From NCBI RefSeq assembly GCF_028368995.1, contig NZ_JAQNDL010000001.1, positions 1,312,001-1,376,000 of the forward strand: a stretch of 64,000 nt of DNA, written 5' to 3'. Positions 19,005 to 28,856 of this stretch are shown here, piece after piece. Each line of letters starts with the position of its first letter. Within the stretch, counting starts at the first letter, position 1. A model generated the notes under the pieces. That model ran no database searches, was not told the DNA's origin, and was given only the letters and a program-made list of their open reading frames with translations. Source of the stretch: Nannocystis bainbridge. Lineage in GTDB: Bacteria > Myxococcota_A > Polyangia > Nannocystales > Nannocystaceae. A program made the translations under genes and the position numbers.

Positions 19005-21335
19005 ATGGTCTCGCCCCAGGACCCGAGCGCGCCGGGCCCTTCCCCGTCGCCCCGCCCTGTCCCGCGCTGGTCGGTCGGCGCCCTCGCGCTCGTGCACGCG
19101 GGCATCTTCGCCTGGGCCGCCAGCGTGCTCCCGTGGCAGCGCTGGACCGCCTTCGCGGCGCTGACCGCCGGCCTCGCGCTCGCCCACGCCGTCACCGCCG
19201 CGTTCGCGCTCGCCGGCAGCCGCCACCGCGCCCGCGTGTGGCGGATCGGCTCCGCGCTGTCGCTGCTCTACCTCGCCATCCAGACCCTCATCGCCGCGCG
19301 CGCCGGCACCTACGTCGCCGCCCTCTACGGCGGCCTCGGCAAGGGCGTGTTCGCGGCCCTGGCCGCGCTGTGGGCCGTGCTCGTGCTCGTCACCTTGCCG
19401 TTCGCCGTGTGGGGCCTGGCCGCCACCGGCGGCCTCGGGTCCGGCCCCGGCCTGCGCCGCCGCGTCACTGGCGGCCTCGCGATCCTGCTCGCCCTGGTCA
19501 CCACCTCGCTGTGGCGGGCCGCCGCCGCCGCCGCCGCCGAGCCGATCGCCGTGATCGATCACGACCCCGCGGCCCTCGCCGCGGCGATCCAGGACGTCCT
19601 CCCGCGCGTGCCGGCGCGCAAGGGCGCCGACCTGTCCCTTTGGACACGTGCCCCGATCACCTGCGACTTCCCCGTCGACCGCCCGACCGCCTTCGTCGTC
19701 TACCCCGTCGCCGACAAGCCGGCCAAGAAGGGCCAGGGCATCAAGCTGCGCCCCGCGGCCCGCTGCGTCCAGGCCGACGACCCCGCCGGCCTCGTCGCCG
19801 CGCTCGGGGCCGTGGTCGCCGACGCCGGCGCGCCCGGGCCGATGAAGATCGACGTCGTCAGCGGCGCCCAGCCGCTGCGCGACGACTCGCCCGGCCCCTT
19901 GCCCCTGCTCCTCCGGCCCGGCCTCGACGGCGCCTGCGACGGCGCGCGCTGCCTGCTGCCGTGGCAGCTGCTCGGCCTCCATCAATTCCTCACCTACACC
20001 CCGCTGCCGTTCATCGAGGACCTGCGGTTCGGCGCCGCGCCGGCGGCCCTGCGCAAGGCCCTCGCACGCAAGGGCGACCCCGCCCCCGAGCCCGACGTCG
20101 GCATCGAGGGCCTCACCCGCCTCGCCACCGTCAGCCTCGTCGTCGACGGCGCCGGCGTCGTGCGCCCGCTGCCGCGCTTGCGCGACCCGATCGATCGACT
20201 CGACGCCGACCTGCTCGCCGACTCCGTCGCCGGCGCCGAGGCCCACATCCTCGCCGCCCAGGGCGACGACGGCCGCTTCCGCTACCTCCTGCACCCCTTC
20301 ACCGGCAAGGTCACCTGGCGCGGCTTCGCCGTCCCGCGCCAGGCCGGCACCACCCTCGCCCTGTGCGAGCTCGGCAGCGACGCCGCCGTGCCCGCCGCCC
20401 GCAAGTCGCTGGCGATGCTCGCCGGCCTGCGCAAGGACTACCCCGGACCTGGCCATTCGGTCCTGTCCTATCAGGAAGGTCGGCCGCCGACCCTCGGCGA
20501 CCTCGGCAGCACCGCCCTGCCGCTGATCGCCTTCCTCACCTGCCGCGATCGCACCGGCCCCGAGCACGACGAGCTCATCGGCGCGCTCGGCCGCTACCTC
20601 CTGGCGATGCAGCGCCCCGACGGCGGCTTTCATGCCCGCGTCACCCTCGCCACCGGCGAGGCCCACGTCGGCCCCGACCTGCTCTACGCCGCCGGCCAGG
20701 CGGTCTACGCCCTGGTCCTGCTCGAGCAGCTGACCGCGCGCGGCGCGAGCGAGCTGCTGCCCGCGCACGCCGAAGTCAAGGCCGCCGTCGCCCGCGCGAT
20801 GGACTACTTCGCCGACGACTACTGGGCCCACGGCCTCTACGGCTTCTTCTTCCTCGAGGAGAACTGGCACTGCCTGGCCGCCCGCGCCGCTCTCGGCGTC
20901 CACCGTCACCCCGGCTACGAGCGCTTCTGCCTCGACTACGTCGATTTCAAGCAGCGCCTGATCATGGACGAGTCGAGCGGCGTCGCCCCCGAGCTGGTCG
21001 GCTCGTACGGCTTCGGCAACGTGCTCATCCCCCACAACACCCCGTCGGCCGGCTTCGGCGAGGCCATGGCCGCGGCCATGGCCGTGCGCGCCGCCGACGG
21101 CCAGCCGCGCCCCGAGGACGCGGCGCTGATGACGAAGGTGCTGACCTTCCTGATCGAGCAACAATGGTCGGCCGCCAACTGCTTCGCGTGCTCGCGCGAG
21201 CAGAAAGTCATCGGCGGCTGGTCGGAGTCGATCGGCTCGCTCGACGTGCGCATCGACTACACCCAGCACGCCTGGTCGGCCCTCGGCCACGGCGGCCGCG
21301 AGCTCGGCCTGCTGCCGCGGAGCGGCGGTGGCTGA
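19005..21335 (+). CDS. Membrane-anchored protein with a C-terminal alpha/alpha-toroid-like domain
   Basis: About 5 N-terminal TM helices; QGDDGRFRY, QRPDGGF and VRIDYTQHA repeats of prenyltransferase/glycosidase-barrel type. Confidence 0.7.
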   Translation: MVSPQDPSAPGPSPSPRPVPRWSVGALALVHAGIFAWAASVLPWQRWTAFAALTAGLALAHAVTAAFALAGSRHRARVWRIGSALSLLYLAIQTLIAARAGTYVAALYGGLGKGVFAALAALWAVLVLVTLPFAVWGLAATGGLGSGPGLRRRVTGGLAILLALVTTSLWRAAAAAAAEPIAVIDHDPAALAAAIQDVLPRVPARKGADLSLWTRAPITCDFPVDRPTAFVVYPVADKPAKKGQGIKLRPAARCVQADDPAGLVAALGAVVADAGAPGPMKIDVVSGAQPLRDDSPGPLPLLLRPGLDGACDGARCLLPWQLLGLHQFLTYTPLPFIEDLRFGAAPAALRKALARKGDPAPEPDVGIEGLTRLATVSLVVDGAGVVRPLPRLRDPIDRLDADLLADSVAGAEAHILAAQGDDGRFRYLLHPFTGKVTWRGFAVPRQAGTTLALCELGSDAAVPAARKSLAMLAGLRKDYPGPGHSVLSYQEGRPPTLGDLGSTALPLIAFLTCRDRTGPEHDELIGALGRYLLAMQRPDGGFHARVTLATGEAHVGPDLLYAAGQAVYALVLLEQLTARGASELLPAHAEVKAAVARAMDYFADDYWAHGLYGFFFLEENWHCLAARAALGVHRHPGYERFCLDYVDFKQRLIMDESSGVAPELVGSYGFGNVLIPHNTPSAGFGEAMAAAMAVRAADGQPRPEDAALMTKVLTFLIEQQWSAANCFACSREQKVIGGWSESIGSLDVRIDYTQHAWSALGHGGRELGLLPRSGGG

Positions 21336-22032
21336 CCCCCGCGGCGGCGCCGAGCGGCCTGCCCCCGGGGACATGTCCCACGGGCCAGCCGACTCCGCCG
21401 CCGTCGCGCCTGCCCTCGAGGTCATACATGCCCCCGGGGACATGTCCCACGGGCCAGCCGATACCGCCGCCTCCGCGCAGACGCCTGTCCCCCGAGACAT
21501 GTCCTCCGGGCCAGCCGATACCACCATCCATCCTGGCCCCATGCCTACCCCCCCGGGCATGTCCTCCGGGCCCTTCGACCCCCACGCCTCCGCCGTCTGG
21601 CCGTGGCTGGTCGGCCTGGTGCTGGTCGGCCTGTCGCTGTCGCCGATGCTGCGCCCGCTCGGCTACGACTCGTTCCCGTTCTCGAGCTTCCCGATGTTCG
21701 CCCACGGCCGCAAGGACGCCGTCACCAACGTGCACCGCGCCGTGGCCGTCGGGCCCGACGGCGCCAAGGTCTCGCTGCCCCCGCGCGCCCTCGGCAGCGA
21801 CGAGGTCCTGCAGGCCGACGTCACCCTGCGCCACGCCATCCGCCGCGGCAAAAAGGCCAGCGCCGCGCTGTGCCGCACCGTCGCCCGCCGGATCGCCGGC
21901 GACCCGGCCCACGCCGACGCCGTCGCCGTCGAGCTGCTGACCGAGCGCCACGACGCCCTCGCCTACTTCGCCGGCGACACCACCCCGCTGGCCCCACCCA
22001 AGCGGCAAGCCCGCTGCAAGATCGCGCGATGA
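21328..22032 (+). CDS. Hypothetical membrane protein (HTTM-partner-like) with N-terminal 14-bp-box repeats
   Basis: YDSFPFSSFPMF after a TM helix; PGDMSHGPAD-like unit x4 at the N-terminus; overlaps both neighbours. Confidence 0.65.
   Translation: MADPRGGAERPAPGDMSHGPADSAAVAPALEVIHAPGDMSHGPADTAASAQTPVPRDMSSGPADTTIHPGPMPTPPGMSSGPFDPHASAVWPWLVGLVLVGLSLSPMLRPLGYDSFPFSSFPMFAHGRKDAVTNVHRAVAVGPDGAKVSLPPRALGSDEVLQADVTLRHAIRRGKKASAALCRTVARRIAGDPAHADAVAVELLTERHDALAYFAGDTTPLAPPKRQARCKIAR
21360..21573. repeat. Four 57-69-bp units, each with paired 14-bp boxes
   Basis: TGCCCCCGGGGACA|TGTCCCACGGGCCA at 21360 and 21429; variants at 21486 and about 21546. Confidence 0.8.
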
Positions 22033-23021
22033 AGGACACGCCCTCCGACGCGACGCATGCCCCCAAGGACATGCCCCTGAAGCCAGGTCCGAACGGACAG
22101 GGCTGTTCGGACATGCTCTCCCGGGCAGCCCGCGCCGTCGACCGCTGGTACCGCCCGGTCGCCGCGCCCGAGCGCCTCGCGGCCCTGCGGATCCTCGTCG
22201 GCGGGTTCGCCGTCGCCTACCTCGCCCTGCGTCTGCCCAACCTGCTCGGCCTGCACGGCCTCGGCGGCTTCCGTCCGGTCGGCGTCGTCTCGGTCCTCGC
22301 CGCCCCGCTGACGACCGCCGCCGTGATCGTCCAGGCCGTGCTCGCCCTGCTGCTCGGCCTCGCCTTCGCCTTTGGCCTCGCCTTCCGCGTCAGCGGCCCC
22401 GCCTTCGCCTTCGTCCTGCTGTGGGTGCTGAGCTACCGCAACGCCTGGGGCATGATCTTCCACACCGAGAACCTGCTGGTCTTGCACACGCTCGCGCTCG
22501 GCTGCTCGCCCGCCGCCGACGTCTGGTCGCTCGACGCCCGCCGGGCCCGTCGCCGCGGCGCCCCCGAGCCTGTCCCTTCGACCAGGTACGGCTGGCCGGT
22601 GCGCCTGCTCGGCCTGCTCACCGTCGGCACCTACTTCGTCGCCGGGGTCGCCAAGCTGCGCCTGTCCGGCCTCGGCTGGGCCACCTCCGACCTGCTGCGC
22701 AACTACATCGCCTACGACAACCTGCGCAAGCACCTGCTCGGCGACTGGTACTCGCCGTTCGGCGCCTGGCTGGTCGGTCACGCCTGGCTGTTCCCGCCGC
22801 TGGCGACCGCCAGCCTCCTGCTCGAGCTGCTGGCCCCGATCGCCCTGCTCGGGCCCCGGATCGCCCGCGTCTGGTCGCTGCTGGCCTGGGGCTTCCACTT
22901 CGGCGTGTGGGCGATCATGGCGATCTTCTTCCCCTACCCGCTGCTCGGCCTCGCCTTCGCCCCGCTGTTCGCCGTCGAGCGCCTGCCGCTGCTGCGCCGC
23001 CTGGCCCGCAGCGCGGGCTGA
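22029..23021 (+). CDS. HTTM-domain membrane protein
   Basis: LAALRILVG, GMIFH, DVWSLDA, YFVAGVAKL, ELLAP, FHFG; start 22029 or 22113. Confidence 0.8.
   Translation: MKDTPSDATHAPKDMPLKPGPNGQGCSDMLSRAARAVDRWYRPVAAPERLAALRILVGGFAVAYLALRLPNLLGLHGLGGFRPVGVVSVLAAPLTTAAVIVQAVLALLLGLAFAFGLAFRVSGPAFAFVLLWVLSYRNAWGMIFHTENLLVLHTLALGCSPAADVWSLDARRARRRGAPEPVPSTRYGWPVRLLGLLTVGTYFVAGVAKLRLSGLGWATSDLLRNYIAYDNLRKHLLGDWYSPFGAWLVGHAWLFPPLATASLLLELLAPIALLGPRIARVWSLLAWGFHFGVWAIMAIFFPYPLLGLAFAPLFAVERLPLLRRLARSAG
22058..22127. repeat. Array of five 14-bp boxes at the 5' end of the HTTM gene
   Basis: TGCCCCCAAGGACA|TGCCCCTGAAGCCA|GGTCCGAACGGACA|GGGCTGTTCGGACA|TGCTCTCCCGGGCA. Confidence 0.8.
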
Positions 23022-23222
23022 CCGCCGAGGCGTCGAGGGGACATGTCCCTCGGGACATCCTCCGCCTCTTCGCCTCGTCCGCGACCCGCCGGCCGCGGAC
23101 GCCCCCAGGTGCTACGCCGCCTGGCCCACAGCGCAGGCTGACCGCCGAGACCTCGAGTGACCTGTCCCTCGGGACATCCTCCGCGCCTCGTCGCATCCGT
23201 GATCCGCCGGCCGCGGACGCCC
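22991..23222. repeat. About 120-bp direct duplication of the HTTM gene 3' end plus a TGTCCCTCGGGACA box
   Basis: 22991-23105 vs 23111-23222; identical boxes at 23044 and 23163, further boxes at 23232 and 23287. Confidence 0.8.
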
Positions 23223-23400
23223 GCCGGTACATGTCCCTTCGACCAGGTGATCCGCCCCCGCTCGACCACAGCGCCGTATCGTGACCTGTCCCTTCGGCCA
23301 GCCCCATCGCCCCATCGCTCCTTCCCCTTGGACCCGCCGTTCGCCGCCCGCCGCCCACCGCTGGACCGGGCCCGCCCGGTGTGCCACGCTACGCGCGCCG

Positions 23401-24240
23401 ATGTCCTTGCGCTCGCGCGTCTGTCACCTCCTCCTCGCCGCTCTGGCCGCCTGTGAGCCGCCAGTGGCGCCCGCGGCCGCCAGCACTCCGCCGGCGCCGC
23501 TCCCCGCTCCCGCGCCTGCTCCGGCGCCTGCTCCGGCTCCTGCGGCCCCGACCCCTGCCGCTCCGCCCGCCCCGGCCACCCCCTACCGCGCGCTGGCCGG
23601 CATCGAGTACGTCGAGCTGGTCACCGCCCGAGCTGACCCCGAGGCCAGGTTGCCGCTGATCGTCGTCATCCACGGCCTCGGTGACCGCCCCGAGCGGTTC
23701 TCCGTGCTCGTCGACGACCTCCCGGTCGCCGCGCGCATCATCCTCCCGCGCGGCCTCGACCCCGTCGAAAGCGGCTGGTCGTGGTTCCCGATCCGCGCCC
23801 GCAGCCCCGACGTCAGCGGTCTGGCCGGCGGCATCGCCCGCGCCGGCGACGCCCTGCTCCCGTTCGTGCGCGAGCTCGTCACCACCCGCCCCACCGTCGG
23901 CAAGCCGATCGTCACCGGCTTCTCGCAGGGCGGCATGCTCTCGTTCTACCTCGCCGTCCGCGCCCCCGAGCTGTTCGCGGCCGCCTTCCCGATCGGCGGC
24001 TGGCTGCCGCCGCCGCTGTGGCCGCGCAAGAAAGCGACCGTCACGATCCCGATCGAGGCCCTCCACGGCGCGGTCGATCAGGCCGTCAAGCTCGCGCCCA
24101 CCCAGCAGGCCGTCGAGCGCCTGCAAGACCTCGGCTGGCCGGCCAAGCTCGAGGTCTGGCCCGACGTCGGCCACGCCGTCCCTCCTGCCATGCGCCACGA
24201 CCTCCACCAGCGCATCAAGAAGGCCCTGCCATCGCCATGA
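23401..24240 (+). CDS. Phospholipase/carboxylesterase (alpha/beta hydrolase), lipoprotein
   Basis: LAAC lipobox, IHGLGD, GFSQGG, HGAVD, GH. Confidence 0.88.
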   Translation: MSLRSRVCHLLLAALAACEPPVAPAAASTPPAPLPAPAPAPAPAPAPAAPTPAAPPAPATPYRALAGIEYVELVTARADPEARLPLIVVIHGLGDRPERFSVLVDDLPVAARIILPRGLDPVESGWSWFPIRARSPDVSGLAGGIARAGDALLPFVRELVTTRPTVGKPIVTGFSQGGMLSFYLAVRAPELFAAAFPIGGWLPPPLWPRKKATVTIPIEALHGAVDQAVKLAPTQQAVERLQDLGWPAKLEVWPDVGHAVPPAMRHDLHQRIKKALPSP

Positions 24241-25112
24241 ACGACCCCAACCTCAACTCGGGCCCGGCCAAGAAGCAGCGCAAGCTGCGGACCTACCCCG
24301 GCCTCGGCCCCCGCGACTTCATGCACCCGTGGGACATCAAGGCCACCGCCGCGCTCCACCGCGTGCCCGGCTTCGACCGCCTGATCGCCAAGGTCATGGA
24401 GTACGGCCTCGAGCGGATCCTCTACCTCGAGAACATCGCCGACAACGTGCGCGTGACCGAGAAGATGTTCCCGCGGCTGTACCGCTACCTCAAGTGGAGC
24501 TGCGCCATCCTCGGGGTCGAGGAGCCGGAGCTGTACGTCAGCCTCGATCCGGCGCCCAACGCCTACACCTACGGCCACACGCGGCCCTTCATCGTCCTCA
24601 CCTCCGGCCTCATCGACGTGCTCGGCGAGCAGGAGCAGTTCTACGCGGTGGCCCACGAGGTCGGCCACATCAAGTGCGAGCACTCGCTCTACACCACGGT
24701 CGCCCGCAACATCGCCGCCGTGATCGAGATCTTCAGCCAGGCCACGCTCGGCCTCGGCTCTCTGCTCGGCAAGGGCATCGAGCTGCCGCTCTACGACTGG
24801 ATGCGCAAGAGCGAATTGTCGGCCGACCGCGCCGCGCTGATGTGCGTGCAGGACAAGGACGTCGCCCTCCGCACCTTCATGAAGCTCGCCGGCGGGGCCC
24901 AGAAGCTCTACGCCGAGATGGACCAGGACGAGTTCCTGCGCCAGATCCGGGCCTACGAGGAGGCCGACGAGTCGACCCTCAACAAGGTCTACAAGTTCCT
25001 CATCACCGCCATGCGCACCCACCCGTTCCCGATCCTGCGCGCCAAGCACCTCGACGAGTGGATCACCAGCGGCGACTACGACAAGCTCGCCCGCACCGCC
25101 AGCAGCGAGTGA
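24237..25112 (+). CDS. M48 family zinc metallopeptidase
   Basis: PNAYTYG, HEVGH, SELSADRA, THPFP. Confidence 0.92.
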   Translation: MNDPNLNSGPAKKQRKLRTYPGLGPRDFMHPWDIKATAALHRVPGFDRLIAKVMEYGLERILYLENIADNVRVTEKMFPRLYRYLKWSCAILGVEEPELYVSLDPAPNAYTYGHTRPFIVLTSGLIDVLGEQEQFYAVAHEVGHIKCEHSLYTTVARNIAAVIEIFSQATLGLGSLLGKGIELPLYDWMRKSELSADRAALMCVQDKDVALRTFMKLAGGAQKLYAEMDQDEFLRQIRAYEEADESTLNKVYKFLITAMRTHPFPILRAKHLDEWITSGDYDKLARTASSE

Positions 25113-25177
25113 CGGCCGCGCAGTCTCGCGCCCCGTGTAACTTCGCCGCCTCGCCCGCGTAGTCCCGAGCGCCCGCC

Positions 25178-25801
25178 ATGTTCACCACCACGCGAAGACT
25201 GTTCGTCGGTTTGCTCGCCCTCGCCGCCGCCTGCGGCACCACCGAGCCGGGCCACAAGAAGCCCGCCCCCGCGGCCACGCCCGCGCCCACGCCGAGCGGC
25301 GCCACCGAGCTCGGCTACTTCGCCGGCGGCTGCTTCTGGGGCGTCGAGCATTTCCTCGAGCAGATGCCCGGCGTGCTCGACGTCGAGTCGGGCTACATGG
25401 GCGGCGCCGTCGAGGCCCCCACCTACGAGCAGGTCTCGAGCGGCGTCAGCGGCCACGCCGAGACCGTGCGCGTCACCTTCGATCCGCAGCAGGTCGGCTA
25501 CGAGGCGGTGGCCAGGCGCTTCTTCGAGATCCACGACCCCACCGAGGTCGATCGCCAGGGCCCCGACATCGGCCCGCAGTACCGCTCGGCCGTGTTCGTC
25601 ACCGGCCCCGAACAGCGCGCCGCCGCCGAGTCGCTGATCGCTCGCCTCAAGGCCAATGGCTACGCGGTCGCCACCACGGTCGAGGACGCCGGCAAGTTCT
25701 GGTCGGCCGAGGAGTACCATCAAAATTATTATGTGCGCACCCGCAAGACCCCCTATTGCCACATGCCGGTGCCACGATTCGACCAGCCCTCCAGCTCGTG
25801 A
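25178..25801 (+). CDS. msrA: Peptide-methionine (S)-S-oxide reductase, lipoprotein
   Basis: FAGGCFWGVE, GHAE, HDPT, QYRS, AEEYHQNY; LAAAC lipobox. Confidence 0.95.
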   Translation: MFTTTRRLFVGLLALAAACGTTEPGHKKPAPAATPAPTPSGATELGYFAGGCFWGVEHFLEQMPGVLDVESGYMGGAVEAPTYEQVSSGVSGHAETVRVTFDPQQVGYEAVARRFFEIHDPTEVDRQGPDIGPQYRSAVFVTGPEQRAAAESLIARLKANGYAVATTVEDAGKFWSAEEYHQNYYVRTRKTPYCHMPVPRFDQPSSS

Positions 25802-25939
25802 TCGTGCGCCCCGGCTTTGACGGGCCCAGGGCTCGGTCCGCGGCGCCCGTGCGCGGCCCGAATCAGCGCACGCGACTGACAGCTTGACGCAGAGGTCCCG
25901 CGAGGCCGTGGTCGCTCAGTCTCGCCGATCGGCGGCCCT

Positions 25940-26058
25940 CGTGCGCGAGCACGACCTGAAATCCGCGCGCTCTCGGTGCCGCGATCGTCGGCCCCCGTGC
26001 GCGAGCACGACCTGAAATCCGCGCGCACTCGGTCCGCGATCGTCGGTCTCCGTGCGCG
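25940..26058. repeat. Tandem repeat, two-plus copies of a 56-bp unit upstream of the ECF sigma gene
   Basis: CGTGCGCGAGCACGACCTGAAATCCGCGCGC at 25940 and 25996; partial copy at 26051. Confidence 0.85.
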
Positions 26059-26171
26059 CCCGCGGCCGCCTCGAACGACCGCCCGCCGCGCTCGCCCGCG
26101 CGCCCGGACCTCCCTCGCAGTTCGCGTGTAATGCCTCCGGCGCTCGCGGTAAGACGCTCTGAGCCCCTCGC

Positions 26172-26819
26172 ATGAGCGTCCCGAGCCCACGCGCCGCCCG
26201 CCTCGCGGCCAGTCACCTGCGCGCGGTCGAACCCGCCGGCGCGGAACTCGGCGCGCCCACCCCCGCCCTCGTCGCCCGCGCCTGCGCCGGTGAAGTCGCC
26301 GCCTGGGCCCACCTCTACCAGCTCTGTTACCCGGCCGTCTTTCGCCAGCTCCGCTACTACACCGGCGACACCGGCGTCGCCGAGGAGCTCGCCCAGGAGG
26401 CCTTCGCCCAGGCCATGGCCAGCCGCGAGCGCTTCGACCCTTCGCGCACCTTCCAGGCCTGGCTGCACGGCGTCGCCCTCAACGTCGTGCGCAAATACTG
26501 GCGCCGGCAACGCAACACCTCCGCTGCCCACGCCCGCCTCGAGGCCATGGGTCGCAGCTGCCCACCCGCCGGCGTCGGCCCCGACGACTTCCACCTCCAG
26601 CGCGAGCGCAGCCGCGTCCTCTACGCCGTGCTCGCCGAGCTGCCCGAGCGCCTGCGCGAGGCCTTCCTCGTGCGCGAGCTGCAGGGCCTGCCCAGCGACG
26701 AGGCCGCCGCCCTGCTCGGCATCTCGACCGGCAACCTCCACGTCCGGGTCTGCCGCGCCCGCGCCCACATCCACGCCGAGCTGCGCCGCCTGGGCTGGCT
26801 GCCCGGAGGTGCGCCGTGA
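26172..26819 (+). CDS. ECF RNA polymerase sigma-70 factor
   Basis: AEELAQEAF...FQAWLHGVALN (region 2); LPERLREAFLVRELQGL..EAAALLGISTG (region 4). Confidence 0.92.
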   Translation: MSVPSPRAARLAASHLRAVEPAGAELGAPTPALVARACAGEVAAWAHLYQLCYPAVFRQLRYYTGDTGVAEELAQEAFAQAMASRERFDPSRTFQAWLHGVALNVVRKYWRRQRNTSAAHARLEAMGRSCPPAGVGPDDFHLQRERSRVLYAVLAELPERLREAFLVRELQGLPSDEAAALLGISTGNLHVRVCRARAHIHAELRRLGWLPGGAP

Positions 26820-27934
26820 CCGACGATCGCCGCCTCGATCCGTTCCTCGCCGCCGCCGCCGCCGAGGCCGAGCGCAGCGCCACGCGCCCGCCGCCCAGCT
26901 TCGCCGCCGTGCTCGCGCGCGCCCACAGCCTCGCCCCCGACGCCGTGGCCCCGCCGGCCGCCGCGCCCACGCTCTCTGCATTGCCCTTCGGACATGTTCT
27001 TTACGACATGCCCGATGCGCCATCCTCCCCCGCCACCGCGCGGCCTCCCGGACACGCCCCGTCCGCCGGACCCGACGCGCCCCCGGCACGGACCGCAGGG
27101 CCATCCCCCGACCCGCACGCCGCCGACCTCGCGCCCTTCCTCACCGCCGCGCGCGGCCTCACCGACGCCGACGTGGCAGCGCAGCTGCGCCGCCCGCTCC
27201 CGCCGCTCCCGCGCCCGCGCCCACGCGTCCCCCTGCTCGTGTGGGCGGCCGCCGCCGCGCTGCTGCTGCTGGCCGGCGCCGGCGCCCTACGTCGCCTCGC
27301 CGATCCCGCCCACGCCGATCGCACCGCAGCCCAGGCCGACGACACCGTGCGCGGTCGCCCGCAGCAGCACCAATCCGAGCCGCGCGTCCCGTCCAGCAAT
27401 GTCCGTAACGACATGTCCGATAGAACAGGTCCGGAAGGCCATATCGCCGACCACCCCGCCGAACATGTCCCAGCGCCCCAGGCACCCGCCGCACCTGCCC
27501 AAAAAGACATCTCACCTCTCAAGCCCGCGCCATCCCCTGTCTCCGCGGCCCGCAAGCCGGTCACCGACGCGCTCGCCGATCAGCTCGCCCGCCTCGACGA
27601 CGAGGCCGAGGCCCTGCTCCTCGCCGGCGCTCTCGATCAGGCCGACGCGCGCTATCAGCAGATGATCGCCATCGGCGGGCGGCGAGCTGCCGTCGAGCAC
27701 GCCTTCGCCGATCGCTGGCTGCTGGCCCGGCGCCAGGGCGACGACGCCGGCCACCGCCAGCTCCTGCACGCCTACCTCAAAAAATTCCCGCGCGGTCGGT
27801 TCGCCGACGAGGCCAGCGCCGGCCTCTGTCGGCTCGCCGACGCCGACGCCCGCCCTGACTGCTGGCGGGCCTACCGCGAGCGCTTCCCCGCCGGCGCCTA
27901 CCGCCGCGAGGCCGACGAGGCGGCCGTCCCATGA
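26816..27934 (+). CDS. Putative anti-sigma factor (single TM, C-terminal TPR-like)
   Basis: Overlaps the sigma stop; one TM helix; Pro-rich linker; YLKKFPRG / YRERFPAG helical repeats. Confidence 0.7.
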   Translation: MTDDRRLDPFLAAAAAEAERSATRPPPSFAAVLARAHSLAPDAVAPPAAAPTLSALPFGHVLYDMPDAPSSPATARPPGHAPSAGPDAPPARTAGPSPDPHAADLAPFLTAARGLTDADVAAQLRRPLPPLPRPRPRVPLLVWAAAAALLLLAGAGALRRLADPAHADRTAAQADDTVRGRPQQHQSEPRVPSSNVRNDMSDRTGPEGHIADHPAEHVPAPQAPAAPAQKDISPLKPAPSPVSAARKPVTDALADQLARLDDEAEALLLAGALDQADARYQQMIAIGGRRAAVEHAFADRWLLARRQGDDAGHRQLLHAYLKKFPRGRFADEASAGLCRLADADARPDCWRAYRERFPAGAYRREADEAAVP

Positions 27935-28794
27935 GCCCGCGTCGCCTGCTGCTCGTCCTCCCGCTGATGCTCGCCTGCGGCATCGACACCTACGTGCTCG
28001 AGTTCGAAAGCGCCGGCGAGCCCACCACCACCTCCTCCTCGTCCGCCGCCACCAGCGAACCTCCGACCACCGACGACCCCACCACGACCGAGCCCGGGCC
28101 CGACGACACCACTCAGGGACAGACCACCGACGTCTCCACCACCTGTCTCGGCCCCGCCTGCGAGGTCCTCCCCGACGGCGCCTGCGATCCCGAGAATCCC
28201 CTCGACCCCGACTGCGACGACCAGGTCTGCAACCTGGACGACCCGCTCGATCTCGACTGCGACGACGGCTGGTGTCCGATCGGCGACCCCGCCGACCCCG
28301 ACTGTCACGACGGCGACTGCAACCCGCAGAACATGGGCGACGGCGACTGCGACGACGATTACTGCGACAAGTTCGACGGCGACGACCTCGACTGCGACGA
28401 CGGCCGCTGCAACGTCATGCTCGATCCCGGCGATCCCGACTGCAGTGACGGCCAGTGCGACGGCGATCCCGGCGACCCTGAATGCATGCAGCCGTGCCAG
28501 CCGGGCGACCCGAATTGCAGCGACGGCACCTGCGATCCGATGAACCCCGCCGACCCCGACTGCATCGCGTGCATGGCCGACGCCGACTGCCCCCTCTCGC
28601 AGGTGTGCGTGAACGGCCTCTGTCAATGCAACGACGCCAACGACCCCGGCTGCGCCGGCGACGGCGTCTGCGATCCCGACCTCATGGGCGATCCCGACTG
28701 CGGCGACGGCGTCTGCGAGCCCATGCTGCCGGGCGATCCCGACTGCGGTGACGGCGTCTGCGATCCGATGAACCCCGCCGACCCAGACTGCTGA
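27931..28794 (+). CDS. Asp/Cys-rich DPDC-repeat lipoprotein 1
   Basis: LMLAC lipobox, Thr-rich linker, 7 DPDC motifs plus variants. Confidence 0.85.
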   Translation: MSPRRLLLVLPLMLACGIDTYVLEFESAGEPTTTSSSSAATSEPPTTDDPTTTEPGPDDTTQGQTTDVSTTCLGPACEVLPDGACDPENPLDPDCDDQVCNLDDPLDLDCDDGWCPIGDPADPDCHDGDCNPQNMGDGDCDDDYCDKFDGDDLDCDDGRCNVMLDPGDPDCSDGQCDGDPGDPECMQPCQPGDPNCSDGTCDPMNPADPDCIACMADADCPLSQVCVNGLCQCNDANDPGCAGDGVCDPDLMGDPDCGDGVCEPMLPGDPDCGDGVCDPMNPADPDC

Positions 28795-28856
28795 AAATCA
28801 AACTCTCTGCCCGGGCACCCATCCCCGTCCGGCCGCCTCTGTCCCCAAGGAGCTCC

